The notes beneath the pieces were generated by a model. It saw nothing but the letters and a program-made list of their open reading frames with translations. It did not search any database and was not told the origin of the DNA. Positions 1 through 12,410 of a DNA stretch of 64,000 nt are shown one piece after another. The number at the start of each line of letters is the position of its first letter. Positions within the stretch are counted from its first letter, which is position 1. The position numbers were made by a program, and so were the translations under genes. Origin of the DNA: Hypanus sabinus (lineage: Eukaryota); the NCBI RefSeq assembly GCF_030144855.1, contig NC_082721.1, positions 82,894,001 to 82,958,000 of the forward strand, in the 5' to 3' direction.

Positions 1-16
1 CTGAAATTCGAAACCT

Positions 17-83
17 ATGGATTTCAGGCCGACTTCACCGAGAGAATATATTCCCATTCTCACTTTACTCTTCACTGCAACAG
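17..83 (+). CDS. Copy A exon 1, signal peptide MDFRPTSPREYIPILTLLFTAT(G)
   Basis: ATG at 17, 22 codons + 1 nt, donor AG|GTAGAT at 84. Same length (67 nt) and position as exon 1 of copies B and C. Hydrophobic core. Confidence 0.8.
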
Positions 84-269
84 GTAGATGAAGTGGTTTT
101 AAATATAAGCAATATACACATCTTTACACAGACTCACACAGTATCAGACGGTAAATGCAGACATTTTGTAATGTGTGATGCTGTCAGGTTTACGCTAAAT
201 ATATTGATATTGGATTTTTGAGGCGGTATATGTCATTAGTCAGACAGCGCTAGGAGTACAGTGGGCAGT

Positions 270-800
270 TTTGAACACCTTGTCTGGGAAAGGATGTGCT
301 GGTATTGGAGGAGGTCCAGAGGTAAATGGACTCACTCAGTATGAGACGGTGAATGCACACAATAACTGTCCCAGTCAGATCCTTCCTGCATGCCCGGGGC
401 ATCACCCGCTGCCGGCGGGAGGACTCTAGTCTGAAAGAGACATTGCACACCCGGGTGGTGAAGAGGCTGTGGAGAAAGAGGAAAGGACTCCTGTCGCATT
501 TCATCCCGAGCCGCAGCGTGGGAGCGGGCTCTCTGATCTACGGGTTGTTCGCAGGGACACACACACTGACGAACACCCAGGGCTGCTGGCAGACCTTCAA
601 TTCGGTGAAAGACGCCGTTTGGTCGGAGTGAAACTTGTTGGAGGTGATTGTTGGAGAGGATGCCGCTGACTGGCGCATTTCAGGCTGCGGGAGTAGGTGC
701 TGAGCGACGTACTGAAGCTTGGTGCAGCCGTAGCAAGGGCTTGGAGGAGAAGGACTACGTGTAGAGTTCTCCCACTCGAGAGGGAGGGGCAGGAGACTCC
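270..800 (+). mobile_element. Tx1-clade LINE ORF2 3' fragment, degenerate
   Basis: The translation PVRSFLHARG...LSHFIPSRSV...LIYGLFAGTHT...CWQTFNSVKDAVWS matches my recollection of vertebrate Tx1 ORF2 C-termini. Confidence 0.65.
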
Positions 801-1009
801 TCAATTATTGTAGCATTTATTATAAAACCCCAGAGTGCCACACGAGTGGCAGCAGTGTTGGAACAGTATCAAAGGCACTGACCATGAAAAGCCAGGGAAC
901 TGTTTATTCTTGCTTGTAAATATTTTTACTGTAAATCGTTTATTTTGTTAAAAATACTATTGTGTGATACTGTTACATTTAGGCTAAATACACTGTTACT
1001 CAATTTTTT

Positions 1010-1610
1010 GGGGCTGTATACTTCATTGGTCAGATCACACTTGGAGTATTTTGAGCAGTTCTAAGAAAGGATATGCTGATGTTGGAGAGGGTCCCAGAGG
1101 GTCGTCAAGTATTAATGTATCAGGTGTGTTTGATGGATTTGAGCCTGTACTTGCTGGAGTTGAGAAGAATGGTGGTATCTCATTGAAACCTACCAGTATT
1201 GAATAGGCCTACATACAGTGGAGCAGATGTCAACAACAGTGAGGGAGTCTAGGACCAGAAGACACAGACGTGAGGAGAAATTTCTTTAGCCAGAGGGTGA
1301 TGAATAGGTGGAATCTGTTGCCACAGAGGGCTTTGGAGGCCAAGATATTGGGTGTGAGGTTGACAGGTTCTTGATTAGTATCAGTGTCGCAGGTTACTGT
1401 GAGAAGGCAGGAGAGTGGGATTGAAAAGGGTAATAAATCAGCCATGATGGAATTGTGGAACAGACTCAGTGAGCCAAATGGCCTAATTCTACTCCTTTGT
1501 CTTATTCTCATATGGTCCATGATCATATTCGGGCTGGAGATCTGTAACTAGCCGTGTGGCACTGCCACCTGAACTGGGACCTTTGCTGTTTGTGATGGAT
1601 AAATGAGAGT
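1010..1610 (+). mobile_element. CR1 LINE fragments
   Basis: Typical CR1 3' text (gagaaatttctttagccagagggtg...aatggcctaattct), followed by a degenerate RT piece (gggacctttgctgtttgtgat). Confidence 0.7.
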
Positions 1611-2734
1611 TCTAATATCGGTTACCATGTTCATTGTTGGGGACTGGACAAGGGCTGATAAATTACAGGCCACGTGCCGTTCGTTGATCCATTCCAACTC
1701 CCCATCTGAGTATCAAACTGTGGACCAGCCGGCAAGAATCGAATGGCCACAGACCCAATGTGATTAACTTAGTTTACCTTTCCACTCCAGGATCGGTAAC
1801 CACGACGTGTGAACATTCTCCTCTGGCACAGCAACACTTAATCACTCACACGTTACCCTTGTACAGTGTGACAGGGGCCTCAGGTGCAGTGTGTGTTTCA
1901 GACAGGATATCAGTGTCGTGGTTTAAATAGCTAACATTCCATCTCAGGCCTCTTTCACTAATTTGGCATGTCTCTGAAATCAGATCTAAAGGATGAGTCA
2001 AAGCAGATCCACCATTTAAGAAGCGAATGACATTTATTGACTTTATGACCAAAAATATTCCTTCTGTTTGAATATGCAAGGCCAAAATCATTGAGACAAG
2101 CGTTTATATTTTGTGTAAATAGATGGAAATGGTGCGCAGGCAACTAACTGTACTTTTCAGAGCTTTGATTTTTTTTGTCATTCGTTTTGTAGAGTCTCCT
2201 GTTTCATGGAAGTCTGTGACGAGTATGAATTTCAGGTTGTATACTTTATACATTCTCTGATGTTAAATGAACAAAAATGAAATGCATAGGTGCCCAGTAG
2301 TCCGTAAGTACCTCCAAGTTCGATTGGTGTCACCAAATCAGTTTTGCCCTTCATAAATACATTCAGTGACTTGACCTTTCACTATGACTATGTGAGGTTT
2401 TTTCTCCACACCTACCCCCCCCCCCCCCCGCATTACAAAACTGCAATCGATTGTTTACACTCCTCAGCTGGGTAAAGTATACCCCCTGCATCCAACCTCT
2501 CAATCTGTCAAAATGTTATATGTTTGATTCAATCTTCTCTAATTCTTCCAACCCTCAATGTACGTGGGCCTAGTTGACTCAATCTCTCTTCATATCTCAG
2601 TCCTGCCATCCCAGGAAACAGTCTGGTGAACCGTCCCCTCACTGCCTGAACTGCAAGTATATCCATTTAGCTGAGACTGAACTGCACACAACACTTCACT
2701 GAACAGATTCCATTTCCCTGTGTATCTCTGGCAG

Positions 2735-3013
2735 GTAAACTGAATGGATTTGAGGTTTCCGTCAAAACAAACAACCCAGTGGTGGAATTTGGACACTCCC
2801 TGGAGGTGACCTGCAGTACAGCATGTACAATCCCAGAAATAACTGTGGAATATAAACCAGGAATAATTTCCAGGGATAGAACTCAAGGTGATAAGTGGAT
2901 TACAGATCGATTTCTGAGTATTCAGACATGGGATTTCACTGTGTCCTGTACTGTAACCTGCAGATCTGAAAACAATGCAGTGAAGGAGGACAAACGGGTG
3001 ATCCCAGTGTACA
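2735..3013 (+). CDS. Copy A Ig domain D1 exon (ICAM-type N-terminal domain)
   Basis: Acceptor ctctggcag| and donor |gtaagt, 279 nt, phase 1-1, open. GKLNGFEVSVKTNNPVVEFGHSLEVTCSTACTIPEITVEYKPG...KWITDRF...CTVTC...IPVY has the four-Cys CxxxC/CxxxC pattern of ICAM/VCAM D1. Confidence 0.9.
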
Positions 3014-3822
3014 GTAAGTGAAATCTCTTGTTCTAAACTTATCAGGTAGCAGAGTATCAAAGGATGAAAGGCAGCAAAATAAAATTATGTATCACTTGAT
3101 AATGCTACACAGAAAGATGCTGCTGTGTGTCGGGTGAGGTAGTGAGTGGCCATTTCACTCCCCGAAATGCATTCACAGTCTAAGATGGGTTCAGGGAATA
3201 ACATTGAACAGAGGCAATTTTACAGAAATGGAGAAAGGCAGTTCAGAGAGTCTCAGGTCAGGAAAAATGTGTTGCTTTTTCACACTCCGAAGTGTTGAAC
3301 CAACATGCTGAATCACAGGATTAGTTAGTTATTGGATATTCACATCTGAGTCTCACAGTGACAGATGAATGATTTTCTTTTGGTGTAGAATGAAGAGATT
3401 CATCAGACACGGAATGTTACAGGGTGGGAAGCTCCACAGGCACATTCCATTCCACACCTTGTTCGTCAGTAGAGGTACTGGTCAAGGAGCACCCCTTGAT
3501 ACAAGATCAACAAAATAACCTGATAAGTTTACACTGGTGATCACCAAACTGAAGTCTGATACTCAACTGGGATGGTAAAGCAAAGTGCAAGTTAAGTTTC
3601 AATTAATGAGAGCAGAAGGTCATAAGTACTACTACTTGTGACCGTGGCCACAGCCAGAGTGAGAATGTGAAAGTTAGGGAAAACATTCTAAAGAGTATAT
3701 GACCTATGAGTGATGGACTGGGTATACTGGGCTCCCAGTATCAGCTGACCAGACTCCAGCTCCATCCATCAGTATTTACCACTGCAAACTGAACTGCAGT
3801 GAATTTCTTGTGTGTCTTGCAG

Positions 3823-4088
3823 CTTCCAGGGATCCTCAGCAGAGTCCTTGTAGAAGTGAATCAGAAGATCACATTAACATGTGAGGTCCCAAACGTCTAT
3901 CCAGCTGAGAAGATGAGAGTACGATGGTTCTGGGACAGTGAACAACAGAATTCAGTAACAAATTGGCCAGATGCCACCACAGTCAGGGCAACAACTACAT
4001 GGCACCACGAGAGACCGGTGTCTCCTGCATGGCAGATTTTGAGGATTATCCTTCAATTCCACCGATGACATTTCCATTGAGGTTTACA
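3823..4088 (+). pseudogene. Copy A D3 exon, frameshifted
   Basis: 266 nt versus 294 nt in copy C. Deletions at the 5' end and of about 1, 9 and 7 nt in the 3' half. Frameshift after TTTW with stop at 4066-68, so the second Cys is out of frame. Confidence 0.85.
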
Positions 4089-4421
4089 GTGAGTATGTTC
4101 ACAGCACTCAGACAAGGACCAGAACTCAGTTTCCTGTTGTTTGTCAGTGGTGTTTCCTCAAGCGATTCTGTCTCTGTTGATTGAACTGGTAGCCCGAGTC
4201 ACAAAACATCCCCAGTCAATGGGTCCATTTGCTAGTGAAATGACTAGTTTTTAATTGGAAAATGGTGATCAAGGAAGATAAGCATAAAGCTGCATATATA
4301 AAACAAATTATGGTCTTACAGAGTGATGGAGCAGGCTCAATGGGCCATGTGACTAGGTCCTGTTTCTAGTTATATCTTTGTTTGATGATGTTCTCTGAAT
4401 AAACTTAACTGAGTTACCAGT

Positions 4422-7400
4422 TGTGGTGTTTGTTATTGAGGGATAGTGCAGAACACAGCAGGACACCAGCATGCAGGATACACAACTGAGCTTTATTAAT
4501 AACCCTTTGCTTGTACTATATGTGAACTTCTCCCATGTGGGAGTGGCTAACTGAGTGGCATAGGAATAACACTATTAGCTAGCACTACATCTCCCCTTCT
4601 TGGAAAAAAGGAGAAACTGCGCATGTACTGCGTGAGTGTCTGGTGTGGTGAAAGGTTTTCCAGGAACATGTTCAAAATCATAGCCGTACCACATAAGCTT
4701 CATTCTGAATCTTTGGAGATGTGGAGGCATCATCCAAGTTTCCAGCTGAGGATGCTGAGAAGTGGCTTGTGATCTGTTACAAGTCGGAGTTTAATGCCTG
4801 TCAAGCAGTAGCTGAAGTGTCAACAAGCTCACATGAGAGCCAGCATATCCTTTTCGATTTGCCCGTCATTCTATTCAGTAGGAGTCTGTGTTCTTGATGC
4901 ATGTGCCACCGGTTTCTATGCACCACTGCAGTATTGCATGAGCACTCCCCCAATGGAAAAGGCACCTGCTTGGACCTTGGTTGCTACTCGCGGATCAAAG
5001 TATGCCAACGTTAGTGGAGAGGTAATCTCTGCTTTAAGTGATTTGAATGACTTCTCCAGTGGTGTGTCCCGAATCCAAATGTTTCTGTTAGAGAGGAGGT
5101 CTCGTAGTGGTTTTGTTTTCTCTGCCAAATCTGGAATGAACCTTCCCAGTTGATTTTCCATGCCAAGGAAACTACGGATCTCTGATACATTGTTCCATGT
5201 TCTGAACTCCTCCCAGTTTGTCTGACTCTGGTGACCCTCCCTCTGAGAACAATTGGTGGCCTATGAACTTCAGCACCAACTTTATGAATTTGCATTTCTT
5301 TTTGTTCAGGGTGATTCCAGCCTGTTTTATTTTCTCAAGGCAGCTTCCACTCTTTGGTCATGTTCCTCACATGAGTCTCCAACGGTGAGTATTTTGACCA
5401 TATGGCAGGGAACTCCTTCTAGTCCCTCCAAAATTTGGTTCACCCTCATCTGAAAGAGTTGAAGGGCTGATGAGAAGCCAAAAGGGAATCTCTTGAAGGC
5501 ATGCCTTTCATATGGTGTGACAAAGTTTGTGAGCTTCTGCGACTCAAGAGCTAAATGGATCTGGCAAAACCCTGAATTTGTATCTAGTTTGGTGAAAAAC
5601 TTTGCTCCAGCCAGCATATCCAACATGTGCTCAACAGAGGGCAGAAGAAACTTCTCCTGCCTCACTGCATTATTCAATTTTGTTGGACCAACACAGATCT
5701 TCACTGTGCCATCTGGCTTGGGAACAGGAATAATGCTCACAAAGCAATCAGTAGGTCTGTCCACTCTTGTTAAGATGTCAGAGGGATCCATTTTCTCAAG
5801 TTAAGCTTTTGCTTTGTTCATCAGTGGGACTGGTATCTGCATTGTTCAGCACATCCAACCTTGCAATGAGGTTCAGCTTCTTAGTGGCATGTCGTCCCAC
5901 AGTTGTGTTGAGAAGAGATTCTGAACAGCATAGACTTCATCGTCTTTTAACTGTTGTTCATTTTTATGGATGGAAGTAGTAAGCATTCCTTTCACACTGA
6001 GCTTATGTTTCCCTGGCCCCATGAGCACTTTCTTTGTTCAGTTTAGTGTAATGTCTGTTTTTTTCACCAGGTTTGTGGAACAGCCATTCGAGGATGGCTG
6101 TGGCACCTGCCCCAGGGTCCAATCTGAACATCACTGCCTCATTTTGCAACTGAACCATAGTACACCAGCCTTGTCTGTTTGAACCCCAAGGAAAGCTCTC
6201 TTCGTCTGACTCGTGGTCATTTTTGACCTCCTGAAGAGCTGTTCTTGAGTGACACTGGCTTTTATGAAGGGCAACTCTATTGCACTGGTGGCATTTCACT
6301 TCATTTGCTGGACAGAGCTCTTCAACGTGGAATAGAAACTTGCTGCATCTCATGCACATTTCATAGACATTTTATCTGCCCTTTGTTTTGCTTCTGTGTT
6401 CTACTGTCACCTCTTTCTGACTGCATCTTGTTTGTCTCCTTCATTCCGAACATCTTCTGGCTTTAGCACAGCATTGTTTTTGTGCCAGAGTTCTGCCTGT
6501 TGCTGACGAACACTCTCACTCTATCTGACCTGAGGTGATAGCTGTTTCTGGTATGAGATTTGTCTGCAACTGAAGTCTCTCTAACAATTTGTTTTCTAGT
6601 AGCCCAGCAACAATCCTGTCTCTAATGAGCTCATCTCTCTGATTTTTGTATGTACACAGGGCACAAATTGCTGTGATGAAGTCATCAACACTTTCATCTG
6701 GCTCCCATTTTCACGAGTTGAACTTTGTCCTCTCATACATCAGATTTCGCTTTCCTGTGAAATAATTCTTTGAATTCGTCCTGCACCGTTTTGTACTGCT
6801 TTTTCTAAACACCAGTCATTCTTAACCCGCCCATGACGTCATCTGCATTCTCATCCATGGAGTATCTCAGTGTGTTTACTTGATGGTCTTCTGAAGCCCA
6901 AGTAAATTTTTCAAAGTGCCTGAGCCATCTCTCAAATCCCCTGGTTTAGAGATATCAAATATCTCAAAGCGAGGGGGCAGTGGAGAGGTTTATTAATTAG
7001 GTAGATCTCAGTAGCGTAGACATTTGCTCTATTTTCATGTTAGTTTATTGATTATTTTATTTATTTGGACTACAAGATTCTTTTCTCTTTCCCTGAGAGT
7101 TTGACTGATTTCTCTGCCACATCTGTGTCTCTGTACACTTCCCCAGGCTAGTGGCCCACAGTGTCCACTTCTGGGTGCAGTTTGAAGGTGTTGCCTAGCA
7201 ACCCTGGCCCTTTCTCTGCTCATGCCTCACGGTGCACACATTTAGCAAACTAGCATAGGCAGTTTAGTTTTCTAAGTCCCTGTATATTTTTCACAGATGT
7301 ATGCAAACAAGAACAGTTTTTCTGTAAATTTCTTTTTCTTGGGGTTCTCACTTAGTCTGTAGCACCAATTTATTGACGATCAATATTTCTGACCCCATAT

Positions 7401-7560
7401 TATGTTCATTATCAAGGAATAGTGCAGAGCACACCAGCACCCCAGCATTCAGGAAACTCAACTGAACATTATTGATAACCCTCTGCTTGTATGTGAACTC
7501 TTCCCACATTGGAGTAGGGGACTGAGTGGCATGGGAATAACAATATTAACTAGCACTACT
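4422..7560 (-). mobile_element. Ty3/Gypsy LTR retrotransposon with both LTRs; degenerate gag-PR-RT-RH, integrase mostly deleted
   Basis: LTRs at about 4422-4589 and 7398-7560. PBS-like TGGGGTCAGAA (rc of 7387-7397), PPT AAGAAGGGGAGA (rc of 4590-4601), and CCAG at both flanks. gag SEDHQVNTLRYSMD, protease FRLDPGAG, RT PVPKPDG...FFTKLDTNSGF with the YxDD site decayed to HMVK. Confidence 0.9.
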
Positions 7561-7908
7561 CCAGGAAGTAACTTTCATTCCTGGGTAATGAAAGCTGAAA
7601 TTGTACAATCAAAATCAAGAAACAAACATCTCACAGAGAAATAAAAAAGCAATTTGCAGTCAGGCAATTGAAAAACGTAAAATAAAAAACTGGCAGGAAT
7701 CAAGTGTCCTGGGTCAGGGATGAATGTTGTCTGGGATATTGGGAATTGTGTGGGGATTTTGATAATTATCAGCCACATGACACACAGACGGCGGATGTGA
7801 TGTTACAGACTGACCATACAGTTGCTTTATCTACATTAGTCCAGTCAGGCAGATGGAACGCAGGACTTGCTTTGAGAAAGTTTCTAACAATGTTTTCTGT
7901 TGTTACAG

Positions 7909-8190
7909 TTTTCTCCAACCCTGAAATCCACATCACGATCACCACTGAGGGTATTCGGGTGAATATTACCTGCAGTGTGCTTGACGTCTCAGGGGAACTT
8001 CAACTCAGACTGAAGAAGGGAAGTGAGATATTAGTGAACAGGTCAGCCAGTACTGAGCTGACTATCTACCACACTGTGAATCCACGAGCAGAGCTGAATG
8101 GACAGCAGTTCACCTGTGAGGCCGAGCTGACACTTCACCCTCACTCCAACACCATTGTTAAAGGACAGTCCACCACTCTCGCTGTCCATG
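7909..8190 (+). CDS. Copy A Ig domain D4 exon
   Basis: Acceptor gttacag| and donor |gtgagt, 282 nt, phase 1-1, open: FSNPEIHITITTEGIRVNITCSV...ELNGQQFTCEAELTL...LAVH. The NGxxFxC motif resembles ICAM membrane-proximal domains. Confidence 0.88.
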
Positions 8191-8376
8191 GTGAGTGACA
8201 TCACACCGGTACCACCGGGTAGTGATGTGTGACGTTAACTGTTGCTAGTTATATTCATTTTATTTTTTACCTTTGTGGTATATATCAATGATTTTTTTTA
8301 AACACAGAAGTTTAATTAAGAATTCTGGATATGGGTTGATAATGGGGAAGAAAGCATAAGAGTACAGGGATTATCA

Positions 8377-8650
8377 ATCAACACACACAAAATGCTGGTG
8401 GAATGCAGCAGGCCAGGCAGCATTTATAGGAAGAAGTACAAACGATGTTTTGGGCCGAGACCCTTCATCAGGACTAACTGAAAGAAGAGATAGTAAGAGA
8501 TTTAAAAGTGGGAGGGAGAGGGGGAGATCTGAAATGATAGGAGAAGACAGGAGGGGGAGGGATGAAGCTAAGAGTTTGAAAGTTGATTGGGAAAAGGGAT
8601 ACATAGCTGGAGAAAATAAAGGATCATGGGATGGGAGGTCTAGGGAGTAA
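8377..8650 (-). mobile_element. Penelope-like element terminal fragment
   Basis: cacacacaaaatgctgg...gggccgagacccttcatcagg is the reverse complement of the end of the Penelope copy at 38620-38710. Similar pieces lie near 24250, 26790-26900 and 50700. Confidence 0.65.
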
Positions 8651-9659
8651 GTTATAGTTCCACCCAACCTCAGAGGAATTATCAATAGTCAAGTCATGAG
8701 GTTCAGGCTTTAAGTAAACAGTGGGCTATGACACTTAAAACTTTAAGGTTTATTTGTTATCATTTATTTTAATTTACAACCTTGAGATTAGTTTAACAGG
8801 TAGCCTTGAAGTAAAGAAACACAAAAGATCCCATACAAACACCATCCAACCTACATTGTGCAGAAAGAGAGAAAAAACAAATCATGCAAACAATAAACAC
8901 AAGCAAATAGCATTTTGAATAAAAATCCACAGTCTTTTCACAGTTCAGCACAGAGATGAGTAAACTTTGAGGAGTAGTGAGCTGAACTGGCCCAGCCTTC
9001 ATCTTGGTCCCCAACACCCTAATCTTTTCAGTTGGGCCCAGCACCTAAATCTTTGTCCAAACATTGGGTTCGGTCACTGTACGCTGTAGGGCCGGGATGC
9101 CACCATCTCGATTAGACCTGTCCCCGAGTGTGTGTGTGAGTGTGGAGGGAAAATAAAACAAAGGAATACACAACAAAGGAGAAATACAGGAATAAAGGGA
9201 CACAGTGTTGCCCCCCGACCTTCTGAATGTGGCAGAAGATTGAGCCGGGGACATCAGAGGCATTCCTCCCTCTGCGTCAGATCCTGAGGGGAGGCCTGAT
9301 AGAGGTTTATAGAATTATGAGAGGCTGAGACAGGGTAGATAGTCCGTCATGTTCACCAGGTAGCAATATCATATGCTAACGAATATTCCATTAAAATGAA
9401 ACAGTAAAACATTAAAGGTGATGTGCGGGTAAGTATATTACACAGGGTGGTAACGTATTTCACACAGGGAGGAGGTGTCTGGAATGTTCTTTCGGGGTGC
9501 TGGTGGAATCAGACATAATCGTAATGTTGAAAAGTTACTGATCAGCATGTGACAATTCAGGAAACGGATGGATTATGGATTGTGTGCAGGTAGGTTGATT
9601 TAGTTTAATTTGGCATTATCAGTGGCACAGACATTGTTCCTGTGCTTTACTGTTTGATA

Positions 9660-12410
9660 TTCCATCCACTGAAGGCCAAAACTCTCCTCAAATGGAGAAC
9701 CTTCTGCTCCTCTGCAATGGGAAGATATTTGTAGTATTCCTTCCTACACACCCTCCCAGACTCTCCTTAACACCCCCCCCCCCACAGATTCACCACTCTC
9801 TGGCTAAAGAAATTCCTCCTCATCTCCATTCTAAAAGGTCTCCCCTCTATTCTGAGGCTGTGTCCTCTGGTCTTAGACTCTCCCACCATAGGAATCATCC
9901 TCTCTACATTCACTCTATCAAAGTCTTTCACCATTTGATAGGTTTCAATGAGGTTACCCCTCATTCTTCTGAATCATAGTGAATACAAGCCCAGAGCCAT
10001 CAAGCACTCTTCAAATGACAAGCCATTCAAACCTGGAATCATTTTTATGAACTTCCTTTGAACTCTCTCCAGTTTCAGCACATTCTATTCTATCCTTTCT
10101 AAATTAAGGAGCCCAAAACTGTTCACAATACTCCAAGTGAGTCCTCACCAGTGCTTTTAGAAGTCTCATCATTACATCCTTTCTTTTATATTCTAGTCCT
10201 CTTGAAATAAATGCTAACATTGCATTTGTCTTCCTCACCACAGACTCGACCTACAAATTAACCTTTACGGAATCCTGCACAAGGACTTCCCAGTCACTTT
10301 GCACCTCTGTTTATTGTTTTCTCTCAAAATACTCACCCCTTTCATTCTTTCTATAAAAGTGTATGATCATTTACTTCCCAATATTTTATTCCATCTGCCA
10401 TTTCTTTGCCCATTCTCCTAATCTGTCTGTCTTTCCGTAGCCTCTCTACTTCTTAAAAACAACCTGTCCCACCACCTATCTTCATATTGTCTGCAAACCT
10501 GTCAACAAGTCCATCAATTCAATCATCCAAATCATTGACATTTAACTTAAAGACAATCAGCCCCAGTGTAGAGCCCTCTGGTACGCCACTAGTCACTGGC
10601 AGCCAACCATAAAAGTCCCCTTTTAATCCCACTCTTTGCCTCCTGACAATCAACTACTGCTTTATTCATGCTATAATCTTTCTTGGAATACCACGGGCTC
10701 ATAGCTTGTTCAGCAGCCTCATGTGTGACACCTTTGCTCTGCCAGTGTTCTTTTCCAATCAATTCTGGCGAACTCCTCTCTCATGCCTCTGTTATTCCCT
10801 TTTCTCCATTGTAATATTGATACATCTAACTTTAGCTTCTCCTTCTCAAATTTCAGGGTGAATTCAATCATATTTTACCTTAAGCTGTCTAATTAATTCT
10901 CTTTCATTGCACAACACCCAATCCAGAATAGCTGATGCCCTCAACCTGAAGCTAACCCCTCTTGGGATCCAGCACTGACCTGATTTCCCCAATCTACCTG
11001 CATACTTAAGTTCCCCTTGACTATAGTAATATTGACCTTTTGGCATGCATTTTCTATCTCCTGTTGCAATTCCTTACTACTGTCTGTATACAAATCCCAT
11101 TAGGGTCTATTTATCCTTGCAGTTCCTTAGCTCTCTCCACAATGATTTGACACCTTCTGACCCTATGTCATCTCTCTCTAATGATTTGATTTCATTTTTT
11201 ACCAGCAGAGAAACAACATCCCCTCTAACTTACTGTCTGCCCTTTCAATACAATGCATATCCTTGGACATTAAGCTCTTAGCTGTAATGTTTCAGCCATG
11301 GTTCAATGATGCCTACAATATCATACCTGCCAACTTGCAACTGTGCTGCAAGTTTATCTATCTTATACTGTATACTCCATGCATTCAAAATACAACACCT
11401 TCAGTCCTGTATTCACCCTTCTTGATTTTTTGTCTGCCTTTTACATTACAGCTCATCCTGTTTACTGCAATTTTGCCATATCAACAGCCTGTCCTCACTA
11501 CACATTGCCTCTGTATATCAGCTACCTCATCTTCAGGACCATTATCCTCCTTTCCTATGATACTTCTTGCATTGAAATATATGCAGCTGTGGACACTAGT
11601 CACACCATGCTCAAACTTTTAATTCCTAGCTTTGTCTGAGGTCTTACCAACATCTGCCTCCACAACCTTTCCACTAACTTTTCTGGCACTCTCGTTCCTA
11701 TTCCCCTGCAACCCTAAACCTCCTTGTGCAACACCAGCAAACCTTCCCGCTAGGATGTTAGACCCCTTCCATTTCAGGAGCAAACCATCCCTTCTGTACA
11801 GCCCCGCCATCCCTGGAAGAGAGCCCAATGATCGAAGACTCTGATGCCCTCCCTCCTGCACCAACTCCTCAGCCACATATTAACTGTATAATCTTCCTCA
11901 TTCTAGCCTCACTGGCACATGCCATGGAATGCAATCATGAGATCACAACTCTGAAGGTCCTGTTTTTAACACCTAACTCTCTGAACTCCCTATGCAGAAC
12001 TTGTTCCTCACCCTACCCATGGCATTGGTACCTACCTGGACCATGACTTCTTGCTGGTCAGCCTGCCACTTAAGAATGCTGAGGACTTGATCTGAGATAT
12101 CTCAGACCTTGGCACCCAGAAGGCAACATACCATCTGGGAATCTCGTTCTTGCCCACTGAACCTCCTATCCATTTCCCTAACTAATCAATCCTCTATCAC
12201 CACAGTGTGCCTCTTCTGCCCCCTTCCCTTCTGAGTCACAGAGGCAGACTCCCGGCCACTGTGACATTCATCTGTTAGGTCATACCCAACCCACAGTATC
12301 CAAAGTAATATACCAGTTTCTGAGGGGGATGGCCACAGGGGAATGCTGCACTTCCGTTCCTGACTGTCACCCAGTTTCTTGTGTCCTGCACCTTGGGTGT
12401 AACTCCTTCT
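9660..12410 (-). mobile_element. CR1 LINE, internally deleted (ORF1 esterase and ORF2 remnants)
   Basis: Minus-strand ORFs GNLIETYQMVKDFDRVNVERM...RRNFFSQRVVNLW and LYRRDGLLLKWKGSNILAGRFA. Confidence 0.8.

Noticed and set aside
7704-8198. 164-aa ORF as a single-exon gene (likewise 30183-30584, 60951-61355, 62878-63261)
   Set aside because: These are Ig exons with open flanking intron sequence, and internal AG/GT sites define the real exons.
8750-9300. Low-complexity repeat-like segments (similar ones at about 28780, 40460, 59340)
   Set aside because: They look like dispersed non-coding repeats, but I cannot assign a family from the sequence alone.
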